A DNA stretch of 64,000 bases from a virus: positions 1-64,000 of the IMG/VR virus record IMGVR_UViG_3300042868_011386; one strand, 5' to 3'. Shown in pieces: positions 25,706-35,238 of this stretch. Each line of letters begins with the position of its first letter. Positions within the stretch are counted from its first letter, which is position 1. Both the position numbers and the translations under genes were made by a program. The notes below the pieces were generated by a model that was not told the DNA's origin, did not search any database, and saw nothing but the letters and a program-made list of their open reading frames with translations.

Positions 25706-26915
25706 TGCATTTAAAGCTGGACGCGTAATTGCGCCTGACGCAAAATGGACAGGTGACGAACCAGACTGGAATGGTTGGGAAACTTGGCCAACTGAAAAGT
25801 TTTATAAGACACGGGCACGTGCTTTAGGGTTTTATAATTACTACTTGGATACTGCCGCGATGAAGCCACTCGTGCTTGATTGGATGAAGATCAACGGGTA
25901 TAACAAGGATGATGTCTCTGCAATCAAAGAGGCAAACCCCAACGTTTTACCAAGCACTGTTGGTAAACTTGTGCGATGCTTGACGCGCGGAATGCCAAGT
26001 ATACACCCACAAGCAACAGAATATTTTGCAACACTTCCTTTTCATGATGAGCCGCCAGTTCCAAAGGATGATGCGTCAGTTGTGCATCATGAGTTAAAAC
26101 GAGCAATTACGCTTTTACGAGCAAACTCATCGTCAGATAATAATGATGACACAAAGGTTAAAGTTGCAACTCCAAGTCCACTTGATCGTATACGCGAGAG
26201 AGTGCACAAAGAGATTGTTGTGCAACTTGAGGATTGCACCGATCAATGGGCAACCACTCGTTCTGGAAATGCTTCTTTTAATATGTCTGCCGCTTTACGA
26301 GACTCTAAGATTCCAGCACAAGGCTGTAAGACTATACTCGATTGGTTAGAAAAAAACTATGAAGAATATAATGGAGCTCTTCAACGTCTCGATGAACAGC
26401 TTGTTGAAGGTTATTCACACTTACCAAAGGCAGAACTTCGTAAGATTGTAAAGTCGCTTGAAAGCATGATTGGTGACGTTCGTAACCATGCAAAAATTAA
26501 AAATTCTACTCGCAAGCCTCGTAAGAAAAAGGTTAAGGATGCTAGCAAACAGGTTTCAAAATTAAAGTATCAACAACATTCATCAGACTGGAGCCTAGAC
26601 TCTGTTTCTCCGACTCGCATTCCAACTTCTCAGAGACTCTATCTCTTTAATACAAAAACGCGGGCGCTGAGTGTCTATGTTGCATCTGGGGCGGCTGGCT
26701 TTGAAGTAAAAGGAACTTCATTAAAGGGTTATGACATGTCAAGCAGCTTTATTGCAACTCTTCGTAAACCCAAAGAGACTCTAAATAACATTTTAAGTTC
26801 TACACCAAAACAACTTGACAAATTGTTTGTAAACTTAACAGTTAAGAAAAAACCAGCAAATGGCCGTATAAATGAACAAACAATAATCTTAAAAGTAGTT
26901 GAACACAAAATATAA
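25698..26915 (+). CDS. Conserved T4-like hypothetical protein upstream of gp33
   Basis: FNTKTR, VKGTSL, TLRKP and NGRIN motifs. Confidence 0.7.
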   Translation: MSNAFKAGRVIAPDAKWTGDEPDWNGWETWPTEKFYKTRARALGFYNYYLDTAAMKPLVLDWMKINGYNKDDVSAIKEANPNVLPSTVGKLVRCLTRGMPSIHPQATEYFATLPFHDEPPVPKDDASVVHHELKRAITLLRANSSSDNNDDTKVKVATPSPLDRIRERVHKEIVVQLEDCTDQWATTRSGNASFNMSAALRDSKIPAQGCKTILDWLEKNYEEYNGALQRLDEQLVEGYSHLPKAELRKIVKSLESMIGDVRNHAKIKNSTRKPRKKKVKDASKQVSKLKYQQHSSDWSLDSVSPTRIPTSQRLYLFNTKTRALSVYVASGAAGFEVKGTSLKGYDMSSSFIATLRKPKETLNNILSSTPKQLDKLFVNLTVKKKPANGRINEQTIILKVVEHKI

Positions 26916-26916
26916 T

Positions 26917-27153
26917 ATGTCTGAAGAATTACCAATAAAAATTTTAACAAAACAGGAGTTTGCTCTTGAAATTGAGCGCCGGGTTCGTCTCAAATCTATA
27001 GGATATCTTGAAGCAATCATTGACTATTGCGATGACCATACAATAGATCCTGACGACATTTCAAAACTTGTTGTCGGCAGTCTAAAAGAAAAACTTGAAG
27101 CTGAGGCACAGCGCAATAACTTATTGCCTAGGAGCGCATCACTATTTGCATGA
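26917..27153 (+). CDS. gp33: Late transcription co-activator gp33
   Basis: F..EIE..Y.EAIIDYC..LKEKLEAEA...NLL; gene order 33-59-32. Confidence 0.85.
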   Translation: MSEELPIKILTKQEFALEIERRVRLKSIGYLEAIIDYCDDHTIDPDDISKLVVGSLKEKLEAEAQRNNLLPRSASLFA

Positions 27154-27767
27154 CAGTTCAAGACGTACGAGTCTCTGGTTTTGAGACGTGGTCAATTTAT
27201 ATGGCCATGAAATTGCATTTTAGTGAAGGCAACTATGATGCATTTAAATTTAACTTTAAGGGACCACGTTTAAAGGAGAGTACATTTCAGTCTCGGCGGG
27301 ATCGTTATTTTTTTGAAAAATTGGCTCGTCGTTATGTTAAAAAGAAAACAGTAATTGAATATTTTTTAGCCAATCTACTTGCTGGAAATGAATGGATTGG
27401 AAATATGTCTGAAGAGGCCTATACACTTTGGACTTCTAAAATACAGCGATTACAATATAGCTTTAAAGAAGAGCTCATTGCATGCAAGTCGATTACTGAC
27501 AACTTTGATGAACTGTTGCAACCGCGCGGCTCGCAAATACCACTCTATGATTTTGCGGCGAGTGGTCGAGTCTCTGTAGAGACGCTATGCATACTTGATG
27601 TCTTATGCAACTATTCATGTCGTATCGTTGCAGGAGTGTCTGACCCAATGGGGCTTTACGCCGCCATGACTCTAAAGATAAATAACTACAAGCCATTTAT
27701 TCGCAACTTACCGTTGCAACAAAAAGCTTTTCAAGAAATTGTAATAAAAACATTTACAAAGCCTTGA
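27150..27767 (+). CDS. gp59: Helicase loader gp59
   Basis: YMAMKLHF...YD.FK...RRDRYFFEKL. Confidence 0.88.
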   Translation: MTVQDVRVSGFETWSIYMAMKLHFSEGNYDAFKFNFKGPRLKESTFQSRRDRYFFEKLARRYVKKKTVIEYFLANLLAGNEWIGNMSEEAYTLWTSKIQRLQYSFKEELIACKSITDNFDELLQPRGSQIPLYDFAASGRVSVETLCILDVLCNYSCRIVAGVSDPMGLYAAMTLKINNYKPFIRNLPLQQKAFQEIVIKTFTKP

Positions 27768-27837
27768 AATATGTTATAATAGCCAAGTGGTTATATAACA
27801 TCACATAATAACAATACACTGCAATACAAATAAACAT

Positions 27838-28758
27838 ATGTCATTTGACAAACTAAAACAAAATCGGGCAGCAAGCATCAATAAACTTGTTGAAGCTGCA
27901 GAAAAATTGAGTACACCAAAAGCTTCATACGGAGACGATCGTATTTGGAGCCCAGTAGTTGATAAAGCTGGAAACGGTTATGCTGTGATTCGCTTCTTAC
28001 CAGCTCTTGAAGGTGAAGATCTGCCATGGGTTCGCTTTTGGGATCATGGTTTTAAGGGACCAACTGGTCGTTGGTACATTGAAAATTCACTTACCAGTAT
28101 CGGTCAACCTGACCCGGTAAGTGAGATCAATAGCGTGCTTTGGAACAGCGGCAATGAAAAAGACAAAGAGATTGCTCGCGAGCGTAAGCGTCGTTTGCAT
28201 TATGTCTCTAATATTCTAGTGCTTAGTGACCCAGCAAATCCAGACAACGAAGGTAAAGTTTTCTTGTACAAATATGGCAAGAAAATCTTTGACAAGATTA
28301 TGGATATTATGCAACCACAGTTTCAAGATGAGACTCCAATCAACCCATTTGATTTTTGGGCCGGTGCAAACTTCAAGTTGAAAATTCGCAACTTTGAAGG
28401 CTATCGTAACTATGATAAGTCTGAATTTGAAGGAGCTTCTGAACTTTTCAGCGGAGACGAAGCTAAGCTTGAGAAGATTTACAATTCGTTGTACTCATTA
28501 AAGGACTTTATTGACCCTGCAAACTATAAGTCGTATGCAGACCTTAAACGTAAACTTGTTGAAGTACTTGGTGCTGAAGCGCTCGCCGGTTCTTCTACTG
28601 AACCAGCAAGTGTAAATGTTGCGGCAGCAGCAGTCGGTAAGTCAGTTGAACCAGTACAAAGTTATAATAGTTCAGAATCAACATTTGCTGCGTCAAGCAC
28701 TGATGATGACGATGATGAATCGCTTAGTTACTTTGCAAAGCTTGCTCAAGGCAGCTAA
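27838..28758 (+). CDS. gp32: Single-stranded DNA-binding protein gp32
   Basis: DKAGNGYAVIRFLP, YGKKIFDKI and NYDKSEF motifs; acidic tail. Confidence 0.95.
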   Translation: MSFDKLKQNRAASINKLVEAAEKLSTPKASYGDDRIWSPVVDKAGNGYAVIRFLPALEGEDLPWVRFWDHGFKGPTGRWYIENSLTSIGQPDPVSEINSVLWNSGNEKDKEIARERKRRLHYVSNILVLSDPANPDNEGKVFLYKYGKKIFDKIMDIMQPQFQDETPINPFDFWAGANFKLKIRNFEGYRNYDKSEFEGASELFSGDEAKLEKIYNSLYSLKDFIDPANYKSYADLKRKLVEVLGAEALAGSSTEPASVNVAAAAVGKSVEPVQSYNSSESTFAASSTDDDDDESLSYFAKLAQGS

Positions 28759-28773
28759 TAATTAACTCTATAC

Positions 28774-28807
28774 AAAACAGGGGATAGAATGTTCTATCCC
28801 CTGTTTT
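28774..28807. terminator. Intrinsic terminator
   Basis: AAAACAGGGGATAGAA..TTCTATCCCCTGTTTT. Confidence 0.85.
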
Positions 28808-28820
28808 CATATATACTTCT

Positions 28821-29099
28821 ATGATATTTTTAATAAAAGTATTTACGTATGTAAATTGTATTGATTGTTTGCGCCACCTAAAAACTCTCCGCGACTATTG
28901 CGATCGTACTCCGACAATTTTAGAAATTGTTGATATTGATAAAGAAGAAAATATACCTCTTATATTTGAATACAACATAATGGGTATACCGCATACACTA
29001 TGCTATAATATACGAGGTGAAATTATGCACAGTTTTCCGGGTGTAAAAACTGCAGAAGAGTTTGATGATATTGTTTATCACCGTATCTGTAATCAATAA
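28821..29099 (+). CDS. Thioredoxin-like protein
   Basis: CIDC, VDID and YNIMGIP motifs. Confidence 0.7.
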   Translation: MIFLIKVFTYVNCIDCLRHLKTLRDYCDRTPTILEIVDIDKEENIPLIFEYNIMGIPHTLCYNIRGEIMHSFPGVKTAEEFDDIVYHRICNQ

Positions 29100-30925
29100 C
29101 CCATAGCGCTGCCAGTTAATATTGGCATCATCGGAGAAGCATTATTGTTTACGTTGCTCGTATTAATATTACTTACATTTCCTCCATTATTGTTATTTAC
29201 AATTACTGTTGGAGCAATATTTGAAATGTTTCCAGCGGTCGCTAACATACTTCCAGATGATGCCGGCACCCCTTGCACATTATTTTTCCACTTGAAGTTT
29301 GATGCTGCATATTCATCCCATGACCCATAACCCGCAGCCATAGCCTTTTCAGGTTTACTTAATTCTGAAAAATTATTTGTAGATACGGCCTTTAATATTT
29401 TTTCGGAAGATTCGGTAGTAAGTTTTTCAGCAGTTGGTGTGACACTTTTTTCAGCAGTTGGTGTGACACTTTTTTCGGAAGATTCGGTAGTAAGTTTTTC
29501 AGCAGTTGGTGTGACACTTTTTTCGGAAGATTCAGATTTCTCACTCTTTTTAGTGTTGTATGCATATTCATATATGCTGTCTGGAACAGACTTTCTAAAC
29601 CAATATTTTGGATTTGCCATAGAAAGATCTTCATTGGGGTCAGGTAATATTGCTCGTAGGGCGCTACGTTGCATGTCGTCAATTGAACTTGCAAGACTGT
29701 CTGCTGCGCCAGTTATGCTTTCTCCAGCCGAAGAAAATAATGCCCCCAATTTTTCTGGTAAACTTGCAAAAAAGTCAATAACAATACCCGGCAAATCTCC
29801 TATAAATTTACCAATTGTAGCATACATCTCAAACATTGGATCTACTAAATATGTTTTATACAAATCAGTAAACGAAAAGCTATCTAAAAATTTGGAAAAT
29901 TCTGAAAATCCTAGCTTTTCAGATATCCAGGATATTCCATCTTTTACTGAGTCTAATAAACTGCCAATCAAGCCATCAAATACACCTACAAGTAATCCTT
30001 TTAGACCGCCGATCAAACCACCTTCTTTAAAGCCAGCAATTGCTCCCTTTATTCCGCCATAGATTCCCATTATTATTGTTAACGGCCAACCTAAAACTTT
30101 TAAAAACGGACCGACAATTTTACCCACTGACAAAAGCATTTTTGCAAGGCCTCCCCCAGCTTTCATTCCAATTTTAAAAAACCGAGACATACTTGAGAAT
30201 GTTTCGCCTATTACTGAAAATGCTTCGCCAGCAACTCCAACAACACTAGACACAGTCTTGATTATTGGCGAGTTTCCAAATATAGAAAATACTTTTCCGA
30301 GTAGAGTAAATAATTTGCTAGACTTAAACTTATTAATGAGTTCCGCAATCTTTTCTATACCAGTAAAAACCCCCTTAAACAATGGAGAGGCCTTTAGCCG
30401 AGTTACAATGTTTGTAAAAAATTGACTAATTGCAGAAAAAACGCTGCTAATTTTTTGAAAAAGTTTTGTTTTTCCAAGAACATTAAACAGCGCAGACGTT
30501 AGTTTACCTACAAACCCAACTGCAAAACCAGCTAATAGGGCGGCGGCTGACAATATTCCGCTAAATATACCACCCGGCATCTTAAACTTAGAGTCTTTGA
30601 CGGGTGTGCGTGTTCTGTCTGGCCTTAAGCCTCTAAGAGCATCAAGTAATTCGTCACGATTTTCACGTTCTTGAAGCTTATTGCCTTCAAGTCGTTTTGC
30701 CAAAACTACATTTGATCGTATTAGAATATCAAACTTGTCTTTTAAGTCTGTTGCTACATTTACAAGTCTATCTAAAAAAGTAGGAACCTCTGTAGTGTTT
30801 TCACGAGCAGCATTTGACGCAAGCGTAAAGTCATAGTTATCAATGGTATCAAGTATAAGATCTTGAGACAAGTTTGAGCTTTGTAATTCCTTTACAACTT
30901 GTGCTAGTGTTGATTCGTCGTTCAT
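29093..30925 (-). CDS. Tail tape measure / baseplate hub protein (gp29-like)
   Basis: 610 aa with a helical Gly/hydrophobic-rich centre and an Asn-rich C-terminus; follows the chaperone-like genes. Confidence 0.65.
   Translation of the reverse strand: MNDESTLAQVVKELQSSNLSQDLILDTIDNYDFTLASNAARENTTEVPTFLDRLVNVATDLKDKFDILIRSNVVLAKRLEGNKLQERENRDELLDALRGLRPDRTRTPVKDSKFKMPGGIFSGILSAAALLAGFAVGFVGKLTSALFNVLGKTKLFQKISSVFSAISQFFTNIVTRLKASPLFKGVFTGIEKIAELINKFKSSKLFTLLGKVFSIFGNSPIIKTVSSVVGVAGEAFSVIGETFSSMSRFFKIGMKAGGGLAKMLLSVGKIVGPFLKVLGWPLTIIMGIYGGIKGAIAGFKEGGLIGGLKGLLVGVFDGLIGSLLDSVKDGISWISEKLGFSEFSKFLDSFSFTDLYKTYLVDPMFEMYATIGKFIGDLPGIVIDFFASLPEKLGALFSSAGESITGAADSLASSIDDMQRSALRAILPDPNEDLSMANPKYWFRKSVPDSIYEYAYNTKKSEKSESSEKSVTPTAEKLTTESSEKSVTPTAEKSVTPTAEKLTTESSEKILKAVSTNNFSELSKPEKAMAAGYGSWDEYAASNFKWKNNVQGVPASSGSMLATAGNISNIAPTVIVNNNNGGNVSNINTSNVNNNASPMMPILTGSAMGY
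29399..29533. repeat. 24-bp tandem units (A-B-B-A-B-partial A) inside the tape measure gene
   Basis: A=TTTTTCGGAAGATTCGGTAGTAAG, B=TTTTTCAGCAGTTGGTGTGACACT. Confidence 0.9.
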
Positions 30926-31101
30926 TTTTTACGTTTTTCTTCTTCTTCCTGTATGTGTTTTATTAACATTGCGATATAAATTTCCCTCTCCCACGGCAGC
31001 ATATTATCTAATTCAGTTAAACTATATTTGTGATGTTGTATTAATGCAAAATTTGTTTGATAATAATTAGTTAACGATTCATGTGAGAGGGCTATTCGAA
31101 A
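30922..31101 (-). CDS. gp51-like segment lacking its own start codon, reached by a -1 frameshift
   Basis: Frame reads RIALSHESLTNYYQTNFALIQHHKYSLTELDNMLPWEREIYIAML..*; its TGA overlaps the tape measure ATG. Confidence 0.8.
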   Translation of the reverse strand, partial: FRIALSHESLTNYYQTNFALIQHHKYSLTELDNMLPWEREIYIAMLIKHIQEEEEKRKK

Positions 31102-31802
31102 AAAGCCTGCGTTCCTGTAAGAGTAATATTATTTTCTTTTTTACAACCAGTACAATTAAATTGAAGCGTGTGTTGTAATTTTGGAGAGTTTGATATATAC
31201 TCTTCAATTTTATTAAGTTGTGCACGATTTAAACTGTTTACAAATGTTAACAGCTCTTCACGATTTGATTGTGCTGCTGGATAAACTCCGCTTTCGTCAA
31301 AAATTGATTCAATTGAAGCAATAAGCATATTTGTTATTGTGTCAACATTGATTTCGGATGTGGCTATAATAGAAGACATATCATCAACGCATATATGTCG
31401 TAAAATTACTCCAATTTTATCGGTCAACATAATTTTACTATCAACTTGTTGTTTTGGCCATGTAATTTCGATGTCATCTATGTTTACTGAGACTTCATTG
31501 TATGTTTCGCAATAATCACATTTACATTTTATATTGCTAATTTCTCCTACGCTTTTTGCTCGGAGTTTTAAGAAAATATACTCAAGGTCAAATGATGTTA
31601 ATTGTTCTGGTTTACAGACATTAAATGTACATGCTCTTATAATATCTTTAATTGCTGACATCATTTCGCTAGAATTGTTAGATTCTTGCGCAAGCAATAA
31701 TATTTTTTCTTCTTTTACGAGGAATGGACGATATTCAATTGACTGCGACGTTGACGGCACAGTGAGTATATATTTTGGCGATTCAAGTGTTGGTAATGGC
31801 AT
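31092..31802 (-). CDS. Baseplate hub assembly protein (gp26-like)
   Basis: MPLP..YRPFLVKEEK..FDLEYIFLKLRAKSVGE; two CxxC pairs; ends QAFFE. Confidence 0.88.
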   Translation of the reverse strand: MPLPTLESPKYILTVPSTSQSIEYRPFLVKEEKILLLAQESNNSSEMMSAIKDIIRACTFNVCKPEQLTSFDLEYIFLKLRAKSVGEISNIKCKCDYCETYNEVSVNIDDIEITWPKQQVDSKIMLTDKIGVILRHICVDDMSSIIATSEINVDTITNMLIASIESIFDESGVYPAAQSNREELLTFVNSLNRAQLNKIEEYISNSPKLQHTLQFNCTGCKKENNITLTGTQAFFE

Positions 31803-31813
31803 AATATTATATA

Positions 31814-32341
31814 TTAGTGTATAATTTTCAATTTATCATAGGTAAATACTACTGTTACTTTTTGAATAGTAGATTCACTGTTGTTGTCTAATTCCATGGA
31901 GTTTAGAGTAATTGGATAGGCTCCCTGTAGAGTTACTTTATGAACTGCTTTATTTTGTTCATCTAGTTGAGTAATGCTTATTTCCGTCTTATAGTCACTA
32001 TAATTAGAAGTTAATAGGTATGAATCAATATCTATTATTTTCTGCATCCATGTGTCTATTGCAGTTTTAATAAAATTATTATTAGTTAAAATAAATGTCA
32101 TTGTAACGTCATCCTCAATATATCCTGTTGGTATTTTTAGTGGTCGACGAGTGCCAATGTCATAGTCCAATGTAGTTATTTGTTTTCCAGGAATACTAGT
32201 AGTTTCACAAAAATATGGTATATCTCGTGTCGACTCAGATGATCCAGGAATTGCAGCAAACGTTACGTAAAAGCGATTTGCTTTGGCAATCCCACCATTT
32301 CTAATTATAGCAGACTTAAAATCATTTATTGAAGACGACAT
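31814..32341 (-). CDS. Tail tube initiator / tube-fold protein (gp54/gp19-like)
   Basis: G.AKANRF.V, C...SIPG, I.QLD and AYP motifs. Confidence 0.75.
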   Translation of the reverse strand: MSSSINDFKSAIIRNGGIAKANRFYVTFAAIPGSSESTRDIPYFCETTSIPGKQITTLDYDIGTRRPLKIPTGYIEDDVTMTFILTNNNFIKTAIDTWMQKIIDIDSYLLTSNYSDYKTEISITQLDEQNKAVHKVTLQGAYPITLNSMELDNNSESTIQKVTVVFTYDKLKIIH

Positions 32342-32342
32342 A

Positions 32343-32927
32343 TTAGATTAGTGTACGTGTTTTTTGCCAAATTGATATATTCTTTTGGCCGACAAAGGAG
32401 TCGGTTGGTAAAAAGAGTGCTATTTCCCATTCTTTTGGAAGTACTTCAACTGTTTTAGAAGAGACGTGTTTATAGAGATAATGTTTAAAACAAGGGGCAT
32501 AGGCACGTAACTTTGCAGTGCTACTTAACATGTCATATGACAGCCTAAAGCGAGTCGTTTCATCTAACTTTTTATTATTCATATGATCCATAAGGCGATC
32601 AAAAAATACCGCGCGTTGACGGGGCGGTAAGTAGTGTAAGTTTAGGCCATAAAAGCCTCCCTTTGCTGGTCCTATCATGAGTATAAGTGGAAACTTATCA
32701 TAATACGGCAGTGTTTCTTTATATTTTGGGTCATATAAAAACATAAACATACGACCAATAAGTGGTTTACGACGCGTTTGTAACGAGTCATCATTTAAAA
32801 CCCTCGATGGAGATATATTTGATAGGTTGCGTATTTTACGTATAAACCAGTCGCGTGACTCTACAGAGCGCGGTAAAAAGCCGGCGCGTTCTGCATCGGC
32901 TTGAATCTTAGAAAAAAGAGACGGCAT
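32343..32927 (-). CDS. gp2: DNA end protector protein gp2
   Basis: YDPKYKETLPYYDKFPL and GLNLHYLPP motifs; late promoter at 32933-32940. Confidence 0.92.
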   Translation of the reverse strand: MPSLFSKIQADAERAGFLPRSVESRDWFIRKIRNLSNISPSRVLNDDSLQTRRKPLIGRMFMFLYDPKYKETLPYYDKFPLILMIGPAKGGFYGLNLHYLPPRQRAVFFDRLMDHMNNKKLDETTRFRLSYDMLSSTAKLRAYAPCFKHYLYKHVSSKTVEVLPKEWEIALFLPTDSFVGQKNISIWQKTRTLI

Positions 32928-32947
32928 ATATCTATTTATAGCATTTT

Positions 32948-33403
32948 TTACGTCAATAATTTTATGCCAAGCGCCTTTATTGTATCTTCAGTCCACACTT
33001 CAAAAATCCATCCTCGATCAGCGCAATATTCTCGTGCAGCTTCCCACTTTGATATATTTTTTGCATAGGTGAGTACCTCTGTAATGTATGCCTTTGTTTT
33101 TTTAGACCGCACAGCTGGTTCCTGTGTTTGTTTTTTAGGTTTTATTTCAATAAGATAAGTAGTTCCAGTCTTAAATGTTACTTTTAAGTCTACAAAATAT
33201 CTATGACTTTTTCCGTCTGAGCGGCATCGGTATGGCACAACTGTTTCTTCACTGCTCCAAGAAACTACGGCTGGATTTTCATCGCACCACTTAAAAACTT
33301 GACGCTCCCATAGCGATCGATATACGACTCCAGAAGCGTCTCCATCATATTTTTCTTTGTGCGCTATGCGATATTTACCACTATAATAATGTTTTTTCGC
33401 CAT
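32948..33403 (-). CDS. gp4: Head completion protein gp4
   Basis: KY.GD...YRSLWE, WSSEE, HRYFVD, EIKP and KWEAA motifs. Confidence 0.92.
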   Translation of the reverse strand: MAKKHYYSGKYRIAHKEKYDGDASGVVYRSLWERQVFKWCDENPAVVSWSSEETVVPYRCRSDGKSHRYFVDLKVTFKTGTTYLIEIKPKKQTQEPAVRSKKTKAYITEVLTYAKNISKWEAAREYCADRGWIFEVWTEDTIKALGIKLLT

Positions 33404-33415
33404 ATAAATACTTAT

Positions 33416-34174
33416 ATGGCATTAACTTTTCCAAGTGATCGAGCAAAGCTGTCATCACGTCCATTTATTAAATTTGCATGTAAAGGTGCGGCTGCAACTA
33501 CTATAGTATTGCCCATACCTGGCTCGTTGCAGTTTGGTGATGGTGCAACATACAATAATACTGAATTAGGATTTTTAGGAGGCAGCCTTGCCAGTATAGC
33601 ATCAGCCGCATCTGGCGCAGGTTCATTTAAGGGCGCTGGTGAAGCTGCGCTTAAACAGATAGGTGATATATACAATAAGGTGGGTGGCGGTATCGCAAAT
33701 GCGCCAATTTCTTCACTTGTACAGGGGGTGACTGCTCTAACAGGAGCAAACGAATCAATTCAAAGCGCAATAAGCATAGGCACTGGCACAACGCTAAATA
33801 AAAATATAAACACTGAATTTACTGCAACAAACACTCGTGTCTTTACATTTGCATTTCAACTAATACCATCCTCAACTGATGAGGCAACTGAAATAAAAAA
33901 TATTGTAGCAGCATTTCGTACAAACCTGTATCCAGAGGGCGGCGAGTTTCAACTAAAATATCCGCCAAAATGGACTATAGAATTTAGAAAGGGCGGAAGT
34001 GGAGACATTATAACTGATATACCGAAAATAGGACAAACATATTTAACTGAAGTTAGCACTACATTTAATAGTACTGCTAATATGTGGAGAGCAGATGGAT
34101 CACCAATTGAAACATCTATTCAACTGCAATTTATGGAAACACGGGCCCATAGACTAGACACCTTACCAACATAA
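33416..34174 (+). CDS. Baseplate tail-tube cap gp48-like (start corrected)
   Basis: R.FTF.FQL.P....EA, YP and LQF.E motifs; TATAAATA at 33403-33410. Confidence 0.75.
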   Translation: MALTFPSDRAKLSSRPFIKFACKGAAATTIVLPIPGSLQFGDGATYNNTELGFLGGSLASIASAASGAGSFKGAGEAALKQIGDIYNKVGGGIANAPISSLVQGVTALTGANESIQSAISIGTGTTLNKNINTEFTATNTRVFTFAFQLIPSSTDEATEIKNIVAAFRTNLYPEGGEFQLKYPPKWTIEFRKGGSGDIITDIPKIGQTYLTEVSTTFNSTANMWRADGSPIETSIQLQFMETRAHRLDTLPT

Positions 34175-34177
34175 ATT

Positions 34178-35236
34178 ATGTCATTTTTTGCAAAATATCC
34201 TAAAATAAACTATGATTTATTTTCAGATGGTTCAATATTTGAGCTTACTGATATTTCTCGTTCAGTAATTATAAATTCAAATCGTATTGCGGATGACAGC
34301 GCGCTATACACATATTATAGTATAAATGATGGTGATCGTCCTGATATAGTTTCGCATAAACTGTATAAAAATTCCTCTTATTATTGGACATTTTTTATCA
34401 TAAATGATTTTTTACGTGATGGTTATACATCATCATGGCCATTATCATATCGAAATTTTACAAAAATGATAGAGCAAGAATATGCAAAATATTCAGCGCT
34501 ATCAATTAAACCAACTACAAACCCACAACTAGAATTAGACGGCACCGGATTTTTGGATATGTCGTTTATACCAGTAACTTCTCAATATTTGCCATACTTA
34601 AAGTTTGTGTCTGGCGATGGCGAGTATCGTTCAAATTTTATTCGATATGACGCTAAAAGACATCAGTGCATTATAACTGATATTCATAAAGTTATTGATT
34701 CAAAAAGAATTGAAGTGTCATCTAGAGAAACCTTTGTAGAAAGTACAAATCACGCATATAAAATAGTTTGGGATGACTCAGTACGTGAGTTAAACCTGTT
34801 TTCTACAGACACTGAAGCGATCATTTTAGCGAAACGCAAAGATGCTGAAGCTAAAAATATAACTTTAAAAACAGAATGGATTGACTCGATCTATTCTATG
34901 ATTACACAATATGACATTACTGGAACGCGTGAACATATTGCAGCGAAAACCGCAAAAGAAGACTATATTCTTTCTAAAACACTTATGGTTGCAAAGCCAG
35001 AGTTTAGATGGAGTGACTATTCGAATGCTGCATACGAGTATTATTCACCAAATGATACTGTGTTAAGTGCATATGACGCCTTAACAAATGATCTTATAGT
35101 TAACCCCAAACTAACATCATTTTTTGAATATGAAACTAATATAAATGAATCAAAGCGCATGATAAGAGTAATACGTTCAGAATTTATAAGTGAATTTTCT
35201 GACCAATACTTTAACACTATAAATGATGTAACATAA
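34178..35236 (+). CDS. gp53: Baseplate wedge protein gp53
   Basis: FF..YP.I.Y, DGDRPDIVS.KLY...YYW, WPLS and YE...NE.KR.I motifs. Confidence 0.85.
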   Translation: MSFFAKYPKINYDLFSDGSIFELTDISRSVIINSNRIADDSALYTYYSINDGDRPDIVSHKLYKNSSYYWTFFIINDFLRDGYTSSWPLSYRNFTKMIEQEYAKYSALSIKPTTNPQLELDGTGFLDMSFIPVTSQYLPYLKFVSGDGEYRSNFIRYDAKRHQCIITDIHKVIDSKRIEVSSRETFVESTNHAYKIVWDDSVRELNLFSTDTEAIILAKRKDAEAKNITLKTEWIDSIYSMITQYDITGTREHIAAKTAKEDYILSKTLMVAKPEFRWSDYSNAAYEYYSPNDTVLSAYDALTNDLIVNPKLTSFFEYETNINESKRMIRVIRSEFISEFSDQYFNTINDVT

Positions 35237-35238
35237 TT

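Noticed and set aside
32948-33403. TnsA-like nuclease taken as a transposon or homing endonuclease
   Set aside because: Motifs and position next to gp2 and gp48 identify it as head completion protein gp4.
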